Below are positions 1-12,233 of a DNA stretch of 64,000 nt, piece after piece. Position 1 is the stretch's first letter; every line of letters begins with the position of its first letter. A program made the position numbers and the translations under genes. Origin of the DNA: Ministeria vibrans ATCC 50519 (Eukaryota; Protista; Filasterea); assembly GCA_943704425.1 (NCBI GenBank), contig CALSCP010001486.1, positions 1 through 64,000 of the forward strand. The letters are read 5' to 3'. Below the pieces are notes generated by a model. It saw only the letters and a list, made by a program, of their open reading frames with translations. It made no database searches and was not told the DNA's origin.

Positions 1-11
1 GGGGGGGGGAG

Positions 12-988
12 TTATTGTTTGGGGGGCGCACAGGTGACGCCGACGTTGGCTGCGCGCAGCAGACGGCCGTGGAGGGTGTAGCCGCGCTTGGCGACGGTAT
101 GCACTGTCTTTGGTGGCATGTCGCCTGTGGGCACCTCAAAGAGCGCCATGTGCAGGTCAAAATCGAATGGTTTGCCGAGCGCGTCGATGGGCTCGATGCC
201 GTTGCTCTTGAGCGTCTTCAACATCAGTTTGTGGGTGGATTCCAAACCCGAAAACAGTGCAACCTACACAACTTTGAGTTTCAGCGGTGCGCTTCCAACA
301 CCCCATTGCCGGGTTCTCGCGTGCGTACCAGCGCAGGATTCGTCTCGTCCGTGCGACTCGCCTCGGGAACAGCCGTGATGGCCATCTCAAGGACGTCTAC
401 CACGTCCAGCAGATCTTTGGCCATCGACTGCACTCCAAACTTCTTCGCATCTTTGACATCGCGACGCGCTCGCTCCCGCACATTCTCCATCTCAGCAAGG
501 TGTCGCACGTACTTGTCCTGAGACATAGCAAGCAGAAACATATCACATACCACATCAGATCAAAGAAAGTGCGATGACAAAATCTGCTCTTTTTTTTTTT
601 TTCTCTTCTGTTTTCCAGAAATTCTCGCGCCTGTCGACCAATTGTAAATTGTGTCGAGGCGCACGGGATGGTGGCCGATCAAGGGAAGCATGCGATCGTG
701 CGGCATCAGGCCGTCGTGTGCTCTCTCTCTCTCTCTCTATTGGCTAACCTTCCAGGCAGCGACTTCCGTCTTGAGCGCAGCCACGTCGGACGACGCCTCC
801 TTGGCCGCCTCGCTCTTAGCCTGCTCCTCTTCCTTCTGGGCCTCATCTACGGCAGGCTCCGCATCGTCCTTGGGCGCAGCCGGCTCCGTCTCGGGAGTGT
901 TTGGCGTTGCGCGACGAGAGAGCGACGTGGTCAGCGCGCGAGACACGCGACCGGCCGACGCTGGAGAAAAACACATTCGTCGGAGCAT
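12..988 (-). CDS. GRPEL1: Mitochondrial GrpE nucleotide-exchange factor (3 exons)
   Basis: Arg-rich leader MLRRMCFSPASAGRVSRAL; motifs DKYVRHLAEMENVRER, KFGVQSMAKDLLDVVD, GKPFDFDLHMALF, KRGYTLHGRLLRAANVGV; GT-AG introns join the ORF pieces in frame. Confidence 0.95.
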
Positions 989-1376
989 TTGTGTGGCGTG
1001 GGGGGGGTGTGATTAGGTGTGTCAGGTGACAAGTCACTGAGTCAAAGTTAATTTTTTTGAAATTTGTCACTTGTCATCCTCAAATCCTCTAAAGTCCAAA
1101 GTCTGAAGTCAGTGATCATCCACAAAGTCGAATTCAAATAATTTGATTTGATGGACTATGGCCACGGTGAACTGTTGGTGAATGGTGATCAACATGTCGT
1201 TTGAGATGGCGGTGGCACGGCTGTACCAGAAGCAACGCCGCGTCAAAACGATTTTTTCTTTCGTCTTCATCTCTCCTTTGGAAACGTCTTTGAATTCCAT
1301 TTTGAAATTTGACTATCCTCTTAGGCGGTTGACCCCTTTGTCACAAACAAAAAAATATAATCTTACACTTTAATTA

Positions 1377-2342
1377 TTATTGAACAGAGCGCCAGTGAAA
1401 GGACTCCAAACGCAACTCCTCAGGCAGCTCCGTATTCAGTCGCTCCATCTGCCGCGCCACGGTGGCTGCAAGCGTCTCTGCGCGCTTGAGTCCGGCCGCA
1501 ATCACTTGCACTAGGCAACAGTAACGTTTGAGTTTTTTTTCTGGTGGTAACTGTAGCATAATAATAATAATAATAATGAAATAATACGGTTAAATATAAT
1601 AATGATTGTAGCAATGCAATATTATTTTTAGGACAACTGTTTTGTTATACCATCGGCCATTTGCTGCGCAATTAGACTGCGGCGGTGATGTTCGGAGCCG
1701 ACCAAGTTGGAAATGAGCACACTGACCATCTCCGCCTGTTTAATGCGCTCTTGAACTGCCGTCTAAACGTGATCTTAGTCGACGGCCCAGTCGTTGCCCC
1801 CACCCCGTACCTGGTTCTTTTCCGTTATCCTTGCAGACTCAGCCATGTGTCGCTGCAGTCGCGACACAAGCGCACCCAGTAGTCTTGAGTCAATGGTGCC
1901 AACCGACGAGTCCTGCACGACGGTAGGAGGGTCAGAACAATAGCGGTGCCGGTGCTCTCTTACGGTGATGTCTGCGGTAAGGGGGCCTCGTACGCTTGAA
2001 CGGATCACCGGGAGGAAGGTGGGCACGTCGTGGAGCTGAGCAAGGGAAGGGTGCGCCAGGGTGGACTGTTCGCCGCTGTTCACCACAATTACACGCCCTG
2101 GGTCGCCACTTGCAGGCTCCTCTCGGACACCAAGAGGATGAACATCGCTGCTTTGTGTCTGTGACGAAGACGACGGCGGCATAGAGCCAAAGTTAAGCGT
2201 TCTACGGAGGAGAATATGAGACGGTAGAACAACAACAAAATCATCCAAACCTTCTCGTGGGCTGCGACGACGATGCAGCTCCCACGCGCGATGAACCAGG
2301 TGCCCCTTCTCCCGCTACCGGTTTACTTTCGTCGGCGCCCAT
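1377..2342 (-). CDS. BORCS5: BORC complex subunit 5 (myrlysin/LOH12CR1)-like (4 exons)
   Basis: N-myristoylation-type start MGADES; VIVVN...LAQLHDVPTFLPVIRSSV; LQRHMAESARITEKNQ; C-terminal MERLNTELPEELRLESF. Confidence 0.8.
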
Positions 2343-2731
2343 TTTCGTGTGAAAAGAACGAGTAATAAGGAAAATAAATAGGGAATCGCAATATGAATTG
2401 ATATTTGATTGGTTTGTTTGTCTATTCATTCAATTTTCATATTATTCTCTTTTGCGACATTTTAGTCTATAAGTCTACGGCGGAAGTCACGGAAGTAATG
2501 TGCTGCTCTTGCCTCTTTATTTTGCATAATATCTTGTTTAATGCTTTGACATCGAGCACACGTCTCGATCACCTCTCGATTTTCTATGTATTTTCTTATT
2601 CTTTTAATGGATAAAATGAACAAGGCTGAGTAGTTCCGCCTGGCTTGCTTGCAGTTGATGACTTGAGGCTTCAAAAAAGAGGAGATTTTAAAGAAGTTTG
2701 ATTAATACACTTTTACAATTCACACACTCAT

Positions 2732-3988
2732 TTAGTATCCCGAGTAGACAGGATCTTCCTTCTCCTCCTTCTGATGGGTCAGCAGGACAGTCTGTTCCTC
2801 CGAGCGGCCGGCACTCCTACTGTAGTACTTGTACGAGACGAATATGATGAGGAGGGCGCCACAGACACTGCACACACACACAATGGCAATGAGGTCGCGT
2901 CGCGCTGCACACCCTTCGTTGTCGACCCCTTCGTAGAGGGGTGGACACGACACGGGCGACCCAGTGCCCCCAGGACAGTACGCTGTGCGCGGACACAGTT
3001 GCGGGAGCACTGTCATGTCGGAGGGACAGTAGAAGCCCGGCGGACACAGAGTGCACACGCTACGATCGGACGCCCCAGACTACGTAGACAGAATGATTAA
3101 GGTCTCTTTTATGTCTTTTTTCCTGCTCTTTCTTTTTGTTCTTCTCTTTACCACTTGGGAGTAGTAGCCTTGGCCGCAGGGGTAGCACGAGGCCATTCCT
3201 GTGTGGTTGCTGAAGGAGGCGGGCGAGCAGGGAATACATTGGCTGCGTCCGGCGAGCGGCATGTAGTTGCCCACTGCGCACTCTTGGCATCGTGGACAGC
3301 CCGTGCCGGGGCACGCTGTGCCGGGCGGACACGCGGCGCAGTCGGAGCCATTGGACGAGGTGAAGCCGGAGGAGCAGGTTGCGCAGACAGACGCGCCAAC
3401 GTTGGCACTGTAGCCCGGGTCGCATTGCTACACACCAGACGCATGTTGTGTCAATAACACCAGACCCACTCGGCTGTGTATGTGTGTGTGTGTGTGTGTG
3501 TGTGTCGTTCCACGCGGTTGCACTCTCAATAGAAAATGCGCTGACAGCGCAACAAAAGGCAAAAGTCTCCCCCTTTTTTTCGTCTGTTTTGTCTACCTTG
3601 CACAGTGTTGCGCCGCTCGCGCCCGAGAAGTAGTTTTTAGGACATCGCAGACAGGTGTGGTTAAAGCACGATCCTGTGGCACACGTTGAGCAGTTGGGAT
3701 TGGTGGCGTCGCTACAGGAGAAGGAAGAAAGAAAAATTCGTTCGGGTTTGGGTCTTGTCGGGCCGTCCCCACGCCACGCGCGCGCGTTATTGGCCGCCAG
3801 AATAGCACCTACCTCCACAGACCAGGGTCGCACTGGGTACAGTTTGACGAAGCAGCGTATACCGAGCGAGTTGCGTGACTTGGGTGTCGTCCAAACTCAA
3901 AACGCGAAATTGTCGCAACCGGCGCAGCCATTGCAAATAACACGGCGGCCACCACAATGTACACCTCGAGTGTACGTTTGGTCACCAT
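2732..3988 (-). CDS. Small type I membrane protein with Cys-rich (GCC2_GCC3/ephrin-receptor-like) repeats
   Basis: Hydrophobic leader (VYIVVAAVLFAMAA); repeated CxxCxxGxF/Y units (CPKNYFSGASGATLC, CIPCSPASFS, CTLCPPGFYCP); TM segment LIAIVCVCSVCGALLIIFVSY; short acidic tail. Confidence 0.75.
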
Positions 3989-4262
3989 GTTGGAGCAAAA
4001 AAATAAAATAAGAATTCGGATGACAGTACACGACTGATCTCAACTGATCTCGACTAGTAACTGAACCGAACTCATTTTTCATTTTCTATGATCTATCTGA
4101 CTTCTTTAATCCTCACTGGATAGCGATTGCACTTGTGCTTTTGTTGTAGATCTGGTGACTGTATCATGAATAAATGGATTGTATTCTTCTTCTAATCTTT
4201 TTTAATTTTTATTTTTTTTTATATCATAAATTCATAACATTTATACTATATAGCTTTTCGAA

Positions 4263-6284
4263 ATGTCGGGCGAGAAAGAGAAGACAGAAGGATCGACAGA
4301 GGCGGCAAAGGAGACCAAAGACAAGGCCGTTGACGACGACTTGGTAAGAACATCCTTCTCCTTCTCCTCTCTCTCTCTCGCTCTCTCTCTCTCTTCTGTC
4401 TCTCGTGCGTCCGCTTTCAGCACTACTACTGGGCGGCGTGTTTTCATCGTCCCCGTCGAAGTGGACCTCGTCGCCCTCTCTTTCGTCGCTTCTGTCATAT
4501 TTCATGTTTCATCGCGAAGTTTCAAAAGTGTCCTGTTGAAAAAAAAAAACGCATTTCTCAGCGATTTGCGCGTCGGATCAGACCAAGCACACGATGTGTG
4601 CCATGCACGTCTTGTCGTTGCGTCCTGCTGCACTTGTTTGCAACCCTTTCGATATCGTTTTTCTGTTTGTTCGACTTGTCTTTTTTTTTTCTTTCATCTT
4701 TTTCGTTCCTAACTCTTCCTCTTCTTCTTAATCGTAGTCTGACGAAGACAAGCAACTCAAGACGGAACTCGAGAATGCTGTTGATCACTTGACGGTACTT
4801 ATATTTGTTTGTATATTTTGATGTAATCCCTTACTTTTTTTTTGTATGTGTGTGTGTGTTTTTACATAGGAATCTGACGAGCTTCTTTGGGAGGCGGCCA
4901 TCGAGACGCTTGACACTAAAATTCGCACTGCTACCTCGTCAATGACCAGTGTTCCCAAGCCACTCAAGTTCCTCCGACCCCACTTTGATACGCTGAAAGA
5001 GCTTTGCGACGAGATGTCAAAGCCTGCGTTGAAAGTACCATGACAGCGTCTTACTTTCTCCGATACTCACCCTCTTCTTTCCGGTGCTTCTCCTCCGTTT
5101 TTTTAGAAATCTTTGGCCAACGTCATTAGCGTGCTGGGCATGACTTCGGAGAAGGAGGAGGAACGCTACGTACTCAAGTACCGATTGCAAGGGAACAGCG
5201 AGCCGCTGAGCAGCTGGGGTCACGAGTACGTGTGTCACCTGGCCACAGAGATTGCCGCAGAGCGTGCAGCACTCGTCGAAAAGGAACAGGACGTCAAACA
5301 CCTGGAGGTGCTCGCCGAGGAAATTGTGCGTTACCACATGGCACACAATGGCGAGCCCGAAGCGTGCGATCTTTTGATGGAAATTGAGCGACTTGATTTG
5401 CTCGAGAGCATGGTCGACGAAGAGTCCATGTCGCGCGTGAGTCTCTACCTTCTCAGTTGTGTTCCGTACGTGTCCGAGCCCGAAGATGGCATTCTCTTGC
5501 GCACCACCCTTGAGCTCTTCCTCAAGTTCAACCGTTTCCCCGAGGCCATGGCAGCCGCCATTCGTCTTAACGACCGTCCCACCATGCTGCAGGTGCTCGG
5601 CGCCTGCCCTGAGCCCGCCATGAAGAAACAGCTTGCCTACATGCTCGGTCGACAGCTGCTCATCTTCGAGGAAGTCGACGAGGACCTGCAAGAGATTATG
5701 CGCAACACCCATCTCAACGAGAGTTTCCTCGAACTCGCACGCGAACTTGATGTTCTCGAGCCCAAGGCTCCCGAAGACGTCTACAAGACACACCTGGAGC
5801 CCAGTCGACGCGGCATGGGCGCCTCCGTCGACTCTGCCCGCCAAAACCTTGCCTCGACCTTTGTCAATGCCTTTGTCAACGCAGGCTTTGGCACCGACAA
5901 GCTCATGACAGTCGACGATGATGGTAAAATATCATTTGTGACAAGTGCTCTTTCTTGTCGTCTCTTATCATAAGTTGTGCCTTTTTTGTGTTTGTACTTT
6001 TCTTAGGGAGTAAGTGGCTGTACAAGAACAAGGAGCACGGCATGATGAGCGCGGCCGCATCGTTGGGCATGATTATGCAGTGGGACGTCAATGGTGGACT
6101 GGCCGTTATTGACAAGTACCTTTACTCGCCTGACGACTTTGTCAAGGCCGGTGCACTGCTTGCGTGTGGACTCGTTTCTGTGGGCGTGCGCGAAGAATGC
6201 GACCCTGCCGTCGCTCTATTGACAGACCACCTCTCTAGGTAAGCGCATCGTATGTTGAGACGGACTCGTGAATTTCGAATATCC

Positions 6285-6319
<35 letters not shown>

Positions 6320-7784
6320 TAAGGAGCCGGTGTTGAAGATTGGCGCTGCCATGGGTATTGGTCTGGCAAGTGCGGGGATGGCACGTGAGGACCTGATTGA
6401 GTCGTTTACCGAGATGCTGTCGGAGCCCAACAACTCGATGGAGGTAAAGGGACTTGCGGCGCTGTCGCTCGGTGTCACCTTTGTGGGCACCGGCAACGAG
6501 GAGGTGACGTCGGCACTGCTGGAGACACTCATGATGGCGAGCGAGGCAGAGCTCAAGGAGTCGCATGTGCGTCACATTGCCATGGCATTGGGTCTCAACT
6601 TTCTTGGGGGTCAGGAAAAGGCAGATGCGACATTGCTTGCGCTACAGACGGTTCCAGACCAACCCATCGGGCTGTTCACGCGCACCCTTGTGGATGTGTG
6701 TGCGTACGCGGGCACGGGCAACGTGCTTAAGGTGCAGGCCATGACGCATTTGTGCAGTGAACACGTGGATGTGGAGAAGACACCCGGTGGAGATGTGCAC
6801 CAGGGCATTGCGACGCTGGGCATTGCGATGATTGCACTCGCCGAGGATGTGGGCACCGAAATGGCCCTGCGCACCTTCAACAACTTGTTGCAGTATGGCG
6901 AGCCGGTCATTCGTCGTTCGGTGCCACTGGCGTTGGCGCTGCTCTGTGCCAGCGACACCAATCGTCTGTCGGTGATTGACACATTGAGCAAGCTGACGCA
7001 TGACAGTGACGCCGAGGTGGCACACAACAGCATCTTGGCAATGGGCATTCTGGGCGCAGGCACGAACAACAGTCGCATTGCGACCATGTTGCGCTCGCTC
7101 GCCTCCTTCTACAGCAAGGACCCCGCCAACCTGTTTATGGTGCGCCTCTCGCAGGGCCTTGTCTACCTCGGCAAGGGCACCATCTCCCTCTCTCCTGCCC
7201 ACACCGACCGCTCCATCCTCTCGCCCGTCGCCCTGGCCGGTCTCATTGTCACTCTCGTCGCCTGTCTTGACGTCAAGAACAGTAAGATGTTTTTTCTTTT
7301 CAATTTTCCTTTTCCGAGTGGCTCTGACCTTTTATTATTATTATTATCTTTAGCCATTCTGGGCAAACAGTCGTACTTTTTGTACTTTTTGTCGCTGGCA
7401 ATGAACCCGCGTCTGCTACAGACCGTCGACGAAGACGGCAACGCCGTGGCGGTGTCCGTGCGTGTCGGAAAGGCCGTTGATGTCGTTGGTCAGGCTGGAA
7501 AGGTGCGGAACATGAGCCAAAAAAAATGATATCGACATTTCATCGTTTCTCTGTGTTTCATCTTGTAGCCCAAGACCATCACTGGCTTTCAGACACACAC
7601 TACTCCCGTGCTTCTTGCGTATGGCGAGCGTGCTGAACTTGCCTCGGATGAGTGTAAGAGAGGAATAGCGGAAAATGATATGGTTGACTAATCGACCCTG
7701 TCGTGTTTAGACATTTCACTCAATCCCATTATGGAAGGCTTTGTCATTGTGCGCAAAAACCCTGATGCAGAGAAGAAGGAATAG
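4263..7784 (+). CDS. PSMD2: 26S proteasome regulatory subunit RPN1
   Basis: [85 protein letters not shown]; GT-AG introns. Confidence 0.97.
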
Positions 7785-8048
7785 AGAGAGGGAGAGAGAG
7801 AAAGAGAGAGAGAAAGAAATACATCTCTAGTGAAAAGGTGAAAGCGCTGGTTCATAATACTTCCATCAAGATATTCGAACACAAACAACATGTTATCAAA
7901 AAAAATCTTATCGATAGTTACGACTCACCCAGTCACCCACCAGTCGGTTGGTTCGGCAGTCACCACTCACCACGCGAAGCCCAGGCAGCAAAGGAACTCA
8001 GATACTCATGACACAAATCACAACTTTTTGTCCACCTCTTCGAATTCA

Positions 8049-8679
8049 ATGGTCCGCGTTGGTAGCATCACCATGGTTGGACTCGCCGTGCTTTGGTGCG
8101 CGGCGGTGGTCGTGTCGGCGGCGAAAAAGCCGAATTTTGTGTTTCTCCTCACTGACGACCAGGACGTGATGCTTGGCGAGCGGGACATCGGAAGCTTGGA
8201 AGCCATGCCTAAGCTTCAGAATCTTTTGATCAAAGGCGGCAGCAAGCTCACAAATGGTACGCAGTGAGTGTTGTCGATACACAAACAAACAATCAAAACA
8301 CACAGACATAACCAACACTCAACGTTCGTTGTCGTGTAGCAATGATTGGTAAGACACGCTGACTCTATTTTCATTCTTGTGGTACCTTGAGGCCTTCCTG
8401 GGTGCTTCGGCGTGCGCAGAATTCTTCTCATTTGTTTGTTTTGGATGGCGTTTGGTCGTTTCACTCTCTCCCGCTCAGCCACGCCCATCTGCTGCCCCTC
8501 CCGCACCGAGACCGTCACTGGACGCTTCTACCACAATGTTGGAGCGCCCACGGGGTCATGTATGCATGTCGATGCCGAAGCGAATGTGTTTAATCAGGTT
8601 CGTGAATGTCACCAAGTCCTTTTGATCTGTGCATCTGTCTGTCTCTCACTCTTTCTCTCTTTCACTCACTTTGTTTCAT

Positions 8680-8724
<45 letters not shown>

Positions 8725-10447
8725 ACTTTGTTTCTTTTTCCTCTCTCTCTCTCTATCTCTCTATCTTAAACAGACAGGAAGCGTCTTTGGACTGCTCAAG
8801 GCTGCCGGGTATGCAACGGGTGCCATTGGCAAGGTTACAAACGATCAGACGGGGTACTTTTGCTCAAAAGAGCGCGCAGACACAATGACCTATGTCAATG
8901 CTCCGTGCGACTACAACAACTACTACTCGCAAAAGTGGTTCCGCAAATTTTCCAATGGCACCAAGTGAGCGATATACGCTCGTTTTTAGCATTTGACTGG
9001 GGTGAGTGCTTTTTTTTAGGCGCATCGAGCATCTTGACCTAAAGCCGGAGACGTACCAAACGTCACAATTGGGGAACCGCAGTGTGGAATGGATTACACA
9101 GATGGCGCAAGAGGAGACGCCTTTCTTCCTGTGGCTGGGACCGCACGCGCCACACTACCCCGCGGTGCCCGCTCCGTGGCACGCCGACCTGTTCCCAAAC
9201 ATGACTGCGCCGCGCACGCCTTCGTTCAACCGCCACGCACCCGACAAGCATCTGATGGTCGCGCAGAATGCCGAGCTCAATGCAGAGGCACTCATGTACA
9301 TTGACCAGCACATGCGTGACCGCTGGTCTGCGCTCGTCAGTGTCGATGACATGCTCTCGTCGGTCATCGACACGCTCGAGAAGCTGGGCATTGCGGACCA
9401 CACGTACATCATCTACTCGAGCGACCACGGCTACCATCTGGGCCAAAATCGCTTGGGCTGCTCCAAAGAGCAGATCTACGAAACGGACATTCGCATTCCG
9501 CTGCTGGTGCGGGGCCCGGGCGTCAAGGCAGGCAGCGAGCATGCCGTCGTGACGACCAACGTCGACATTGCGCCCACTGTGCTCGACCTGGCCGGCGTCG
9601 CACAGCCCCCTTTCATGGACGGCCACTCGCTTGCTCCCTTGCTTGTCACCGAGCCCAACGATGTCTACCAGCCCCATTCGCAGCGTGAGCGCAATAAACT
9701 CGTCAAGAATTGGGTAAGAGGAGAGAAGGGTGAGAGAGAGAAACAACGTGATCGAGGGAGAAAAAGACAAAGCGAGAGAGGCGGAGGAGGAGATTAAGAG
9801 AGAAAGAAGAACAAAGCGATGGAATTGAGAAAGAAACAACGCGAGAAAGAGACCAAGAGAAGTCATTAATTGTGACGCTCTCGTAGCGCACTACAATGCT
9901 GATCGAGTACAAGTCGGTGGGAAGCTACTACAACGACCACTGCAGCATGTACTTCCCGGGTCCTTCCTTCGAGGGCGTCAACAAGGCGGGTCCAGCGACG
10001 CCCAAGGGCGACAAGGCCCCCAGCAACTGCCCTCTTGGCAATGCCGAGCTCGGCAATGGACGCTGCTACTACGTCGATGACGAGAAGACCAACTCCTTCC
10101 GCGCCCTACGCGTCCTCAATGCTACCCATGACCTCACATACGGCGAGTTTGACCCTGCGTGGACCTTTGAGACCCTTCAAGTAAGAGAAGAGAATCCTCC
10201 CAAAATACGATAACGCACCACGATACGCATCACGTGCCACTCAATCACACTCGTTCAAAACACACCCACTCGCTTTTCCCCGTCTTTCTTTCAGTTCGTC
10301 GAGCTGTACGACAATACGGCGGATCCTCATCAGCTGACCAACATTGCCAACTCCACTTCTCCTGCCATTCTCGCTGACCTCCATCAACAACTCGCGACCT
10401 TTCAACAGTGTCGTGGTACTGACTCACTCAAGTCAGACTGTCCCTAA
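8049..10447 (+). CDS. GNS: Secreted/lysosomal N-acetylglucosamine-6-sulfatase-like sulfatase
   Basis: Signal peptide; KPNFVFLLTDDQD; formylglycine motif TPICCPSR; PHAPH; YSSDHGYHLGQ; YETDIRIPLLVRGPG; NVDIAPTVLDLAG; needs the 9-nt exon 8340-8348. Confidence 0.88.
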
Positions 10448-10540
10448 CCAACATAATACAAAATTTTCATCTTTTTTTTTTTTTTGATGATACTGTTACA
10501 CTCCCCTGGTTTGTGCGTTCTTTCCCCCGATTTTGTGGAT

Positions 10541-12046
10541 TCAGATGACGGTGACCTTGTGGTCTTCGTCAACTGGAATGTTTTCGCCGACGTCCTTTTC
10601 CATGTAGATCTTGATGGTGCAGTCTTCGCCACCCGTAAACAGGCTGGTGCGGTCCGTACACGCCGTCAGTACCCCTCCTTGGTGCCGCCGGATTACTTGC
10701 TTGCACAGTACCTCCGAGTCTGACTGCCGTGCACTCACTTGCCACATCCGCAACTGGCCGTCGTTGCTCGCTGTGTACACATTGGCGCCAATGGCCCCGA
10801 CTGCATGTACGATACCAATGTGTGCGACAATCTGGTGGACGCGCAAGAGAGTATTCAGGTCGATGACGGTGACGTTCTGGTTGCGTGTGCCCACAAGCAG
10901 TAGTCGCTTGTAGATCGCCAGCGAGAACACACTGCCCAAAGCGGGTTCGGGGCGGACTGTAAAAAGACATGTAAGGGTTGCGGGCAGGCGTTCGCCCACC
11001 TGGGGCTGTGGCAGGTGGCCCACGCTGGGCGGGGGCTGCTCGGCGAGGCGCGTTGACCAGATGTGCAGAGCATTGTGAGAGCCGCTGATGATGCGACCGC
11101 CGTGTAGAGTGTCGTGGCAGAAGGCACGTACCCAATGCGACAGACCCAGTACGCGAGCCAGCGGCTCCAGGGTCGTTGCGTCTATGACCAGGATCTGTGC
11201 CTGCAGACCGACAAAGAGCAGTTGACGCCCCGTGTCGTCGGGCACCAGGCACAGCGCCGCCACCGTCGAATCGGTTGCCACCTGGACGCGTTTCTTCTCG
11301 GTGAACGTGTGCACAGACCACTGAGCGACAGAGCCGTCGGCACCACCGCTGAACAGCATGGGGCCGCCGGAGCGCGTCTTGCGGTACACCAGGGAGAACA
11401 CTCCGCCTTGATGCGCGTCCAGGACGTGCGTGCACTCGCAGCGTCCCGGTAGATTCCATACGCGTATTTGACCGTCGCTCGAGCCGCTGTAGAGGTGGGT
11501 GGAGCCGCGCACGACCGCCCACACGGGTCCCTTGTGCCCGTAGAGTGTGCCGGCACACGCAAAAATGTTAGGTTGTGTCGACGCGGCGCGTGCCGAGCCG
11601 CTCAGCGATCCGCCCAGCTTGCTTGCGCTGAGAAGCGACACAAGCCGTGGTGCAGCGGGTGGTGAACGTGGCATGGAGACGGTGAGGCCGGCGAGCGACG
11701 ATCGTTCCGACACGGCCGGCGACCCGAGACGACCGCGCTCGTCGCGCATAGCCATGACAAACGAATCGCTTCTATGAAGAGCACCGCCGAGGCCATTGTC
11801 GTCGCCCAGGTCAATGTCGGAGACGTGGCTAATGGAGGTGGCGCGAGAGGCGTCGTCAAAGGCGCGCGCATTCCGTCGCTGCTCCGACACCACCATTGCC
11901 TCAACGCGTATCAAACGCGCGTCCATCTGAGCCAGAGTCGACTGTATCCCAGCGAGGGTCGTTGCTAGCTGCTCCACCAGAGCGTGCGTTTTCGAGATCT
12001 GGTTCCCGGCGTCATTAACTATTGTGTCTTTGTCGCCATCGCCCAT
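10541..12046 (-). CDS. Single-exon coiled-coil + WD40 protein, TRAF7-like but without RING/zinc finger
   Basis: IFACAGTLYGHKGPVW, LGLSHWVRA, GSVFSLAI, CKQVIRRHQGGV resemble the TRAF7 propeller as I recall it; N-terminal heptad stretch; likely ATG at 12046. Confidence 0.75.
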   Translation of the reverse strand: MGDGDKDTIVNDAGNQISKTHALVEQLATTLAGIQSTLAQMDARLIRVEAMVVSEQRRNARAFDDASRATSISHVSDIDLGDDNGLGGALHRSDSFVMAMRDERGRLGSPAVSERSSLAGLTVSMPRSPPAAPRLVSLLSASKLGGSLSGSARAASTQPNIFACAGTLYGHKGPVWAVVRGSTHLYSGSSDGQIRVWNLPGRCECTHVLDAHQGGVFSLVYRKTRSGGPMLFSGGADGSVAQWSVHTFTEKKRVQVATDSTVAALCLVPDDTGRQLLFVGLQAQILVIDATTLEPLARVLGLSHWVRAFCHDTLHGGRIISGSHNALHIWSTRLAEQPPPSVGHLPQPQVGERLPATLTCLFTVRPEPALGSVFSLAIYKRLLLVGTRNQNVTVIDLNTLLRVHQIVAHIGIVHAVGAIGANVYTASNDGQLRMWQVSARQSDSEVLCKQVIRRHQGGVLTACTDRTSLFTGGEDCTIKIYMEKDVGENIPVDEDHKVTVI

Positions 12047-12233
12047 CGCACCAACACGAGAAAAACGCAGTAAAATATTTGCATTAATCATTAATGAATC
12101 GTCGACTGAAAGTTTCAGTGTTCCCCGCGCAAGATCACACTCACTCACTCTACACTCTACAGTCTACACCCGGGCATGATGTATGTCTCAGTTGACGAAC
12201 CATTCTGTTTGATCAATCGTCTGTGGTTGTATT

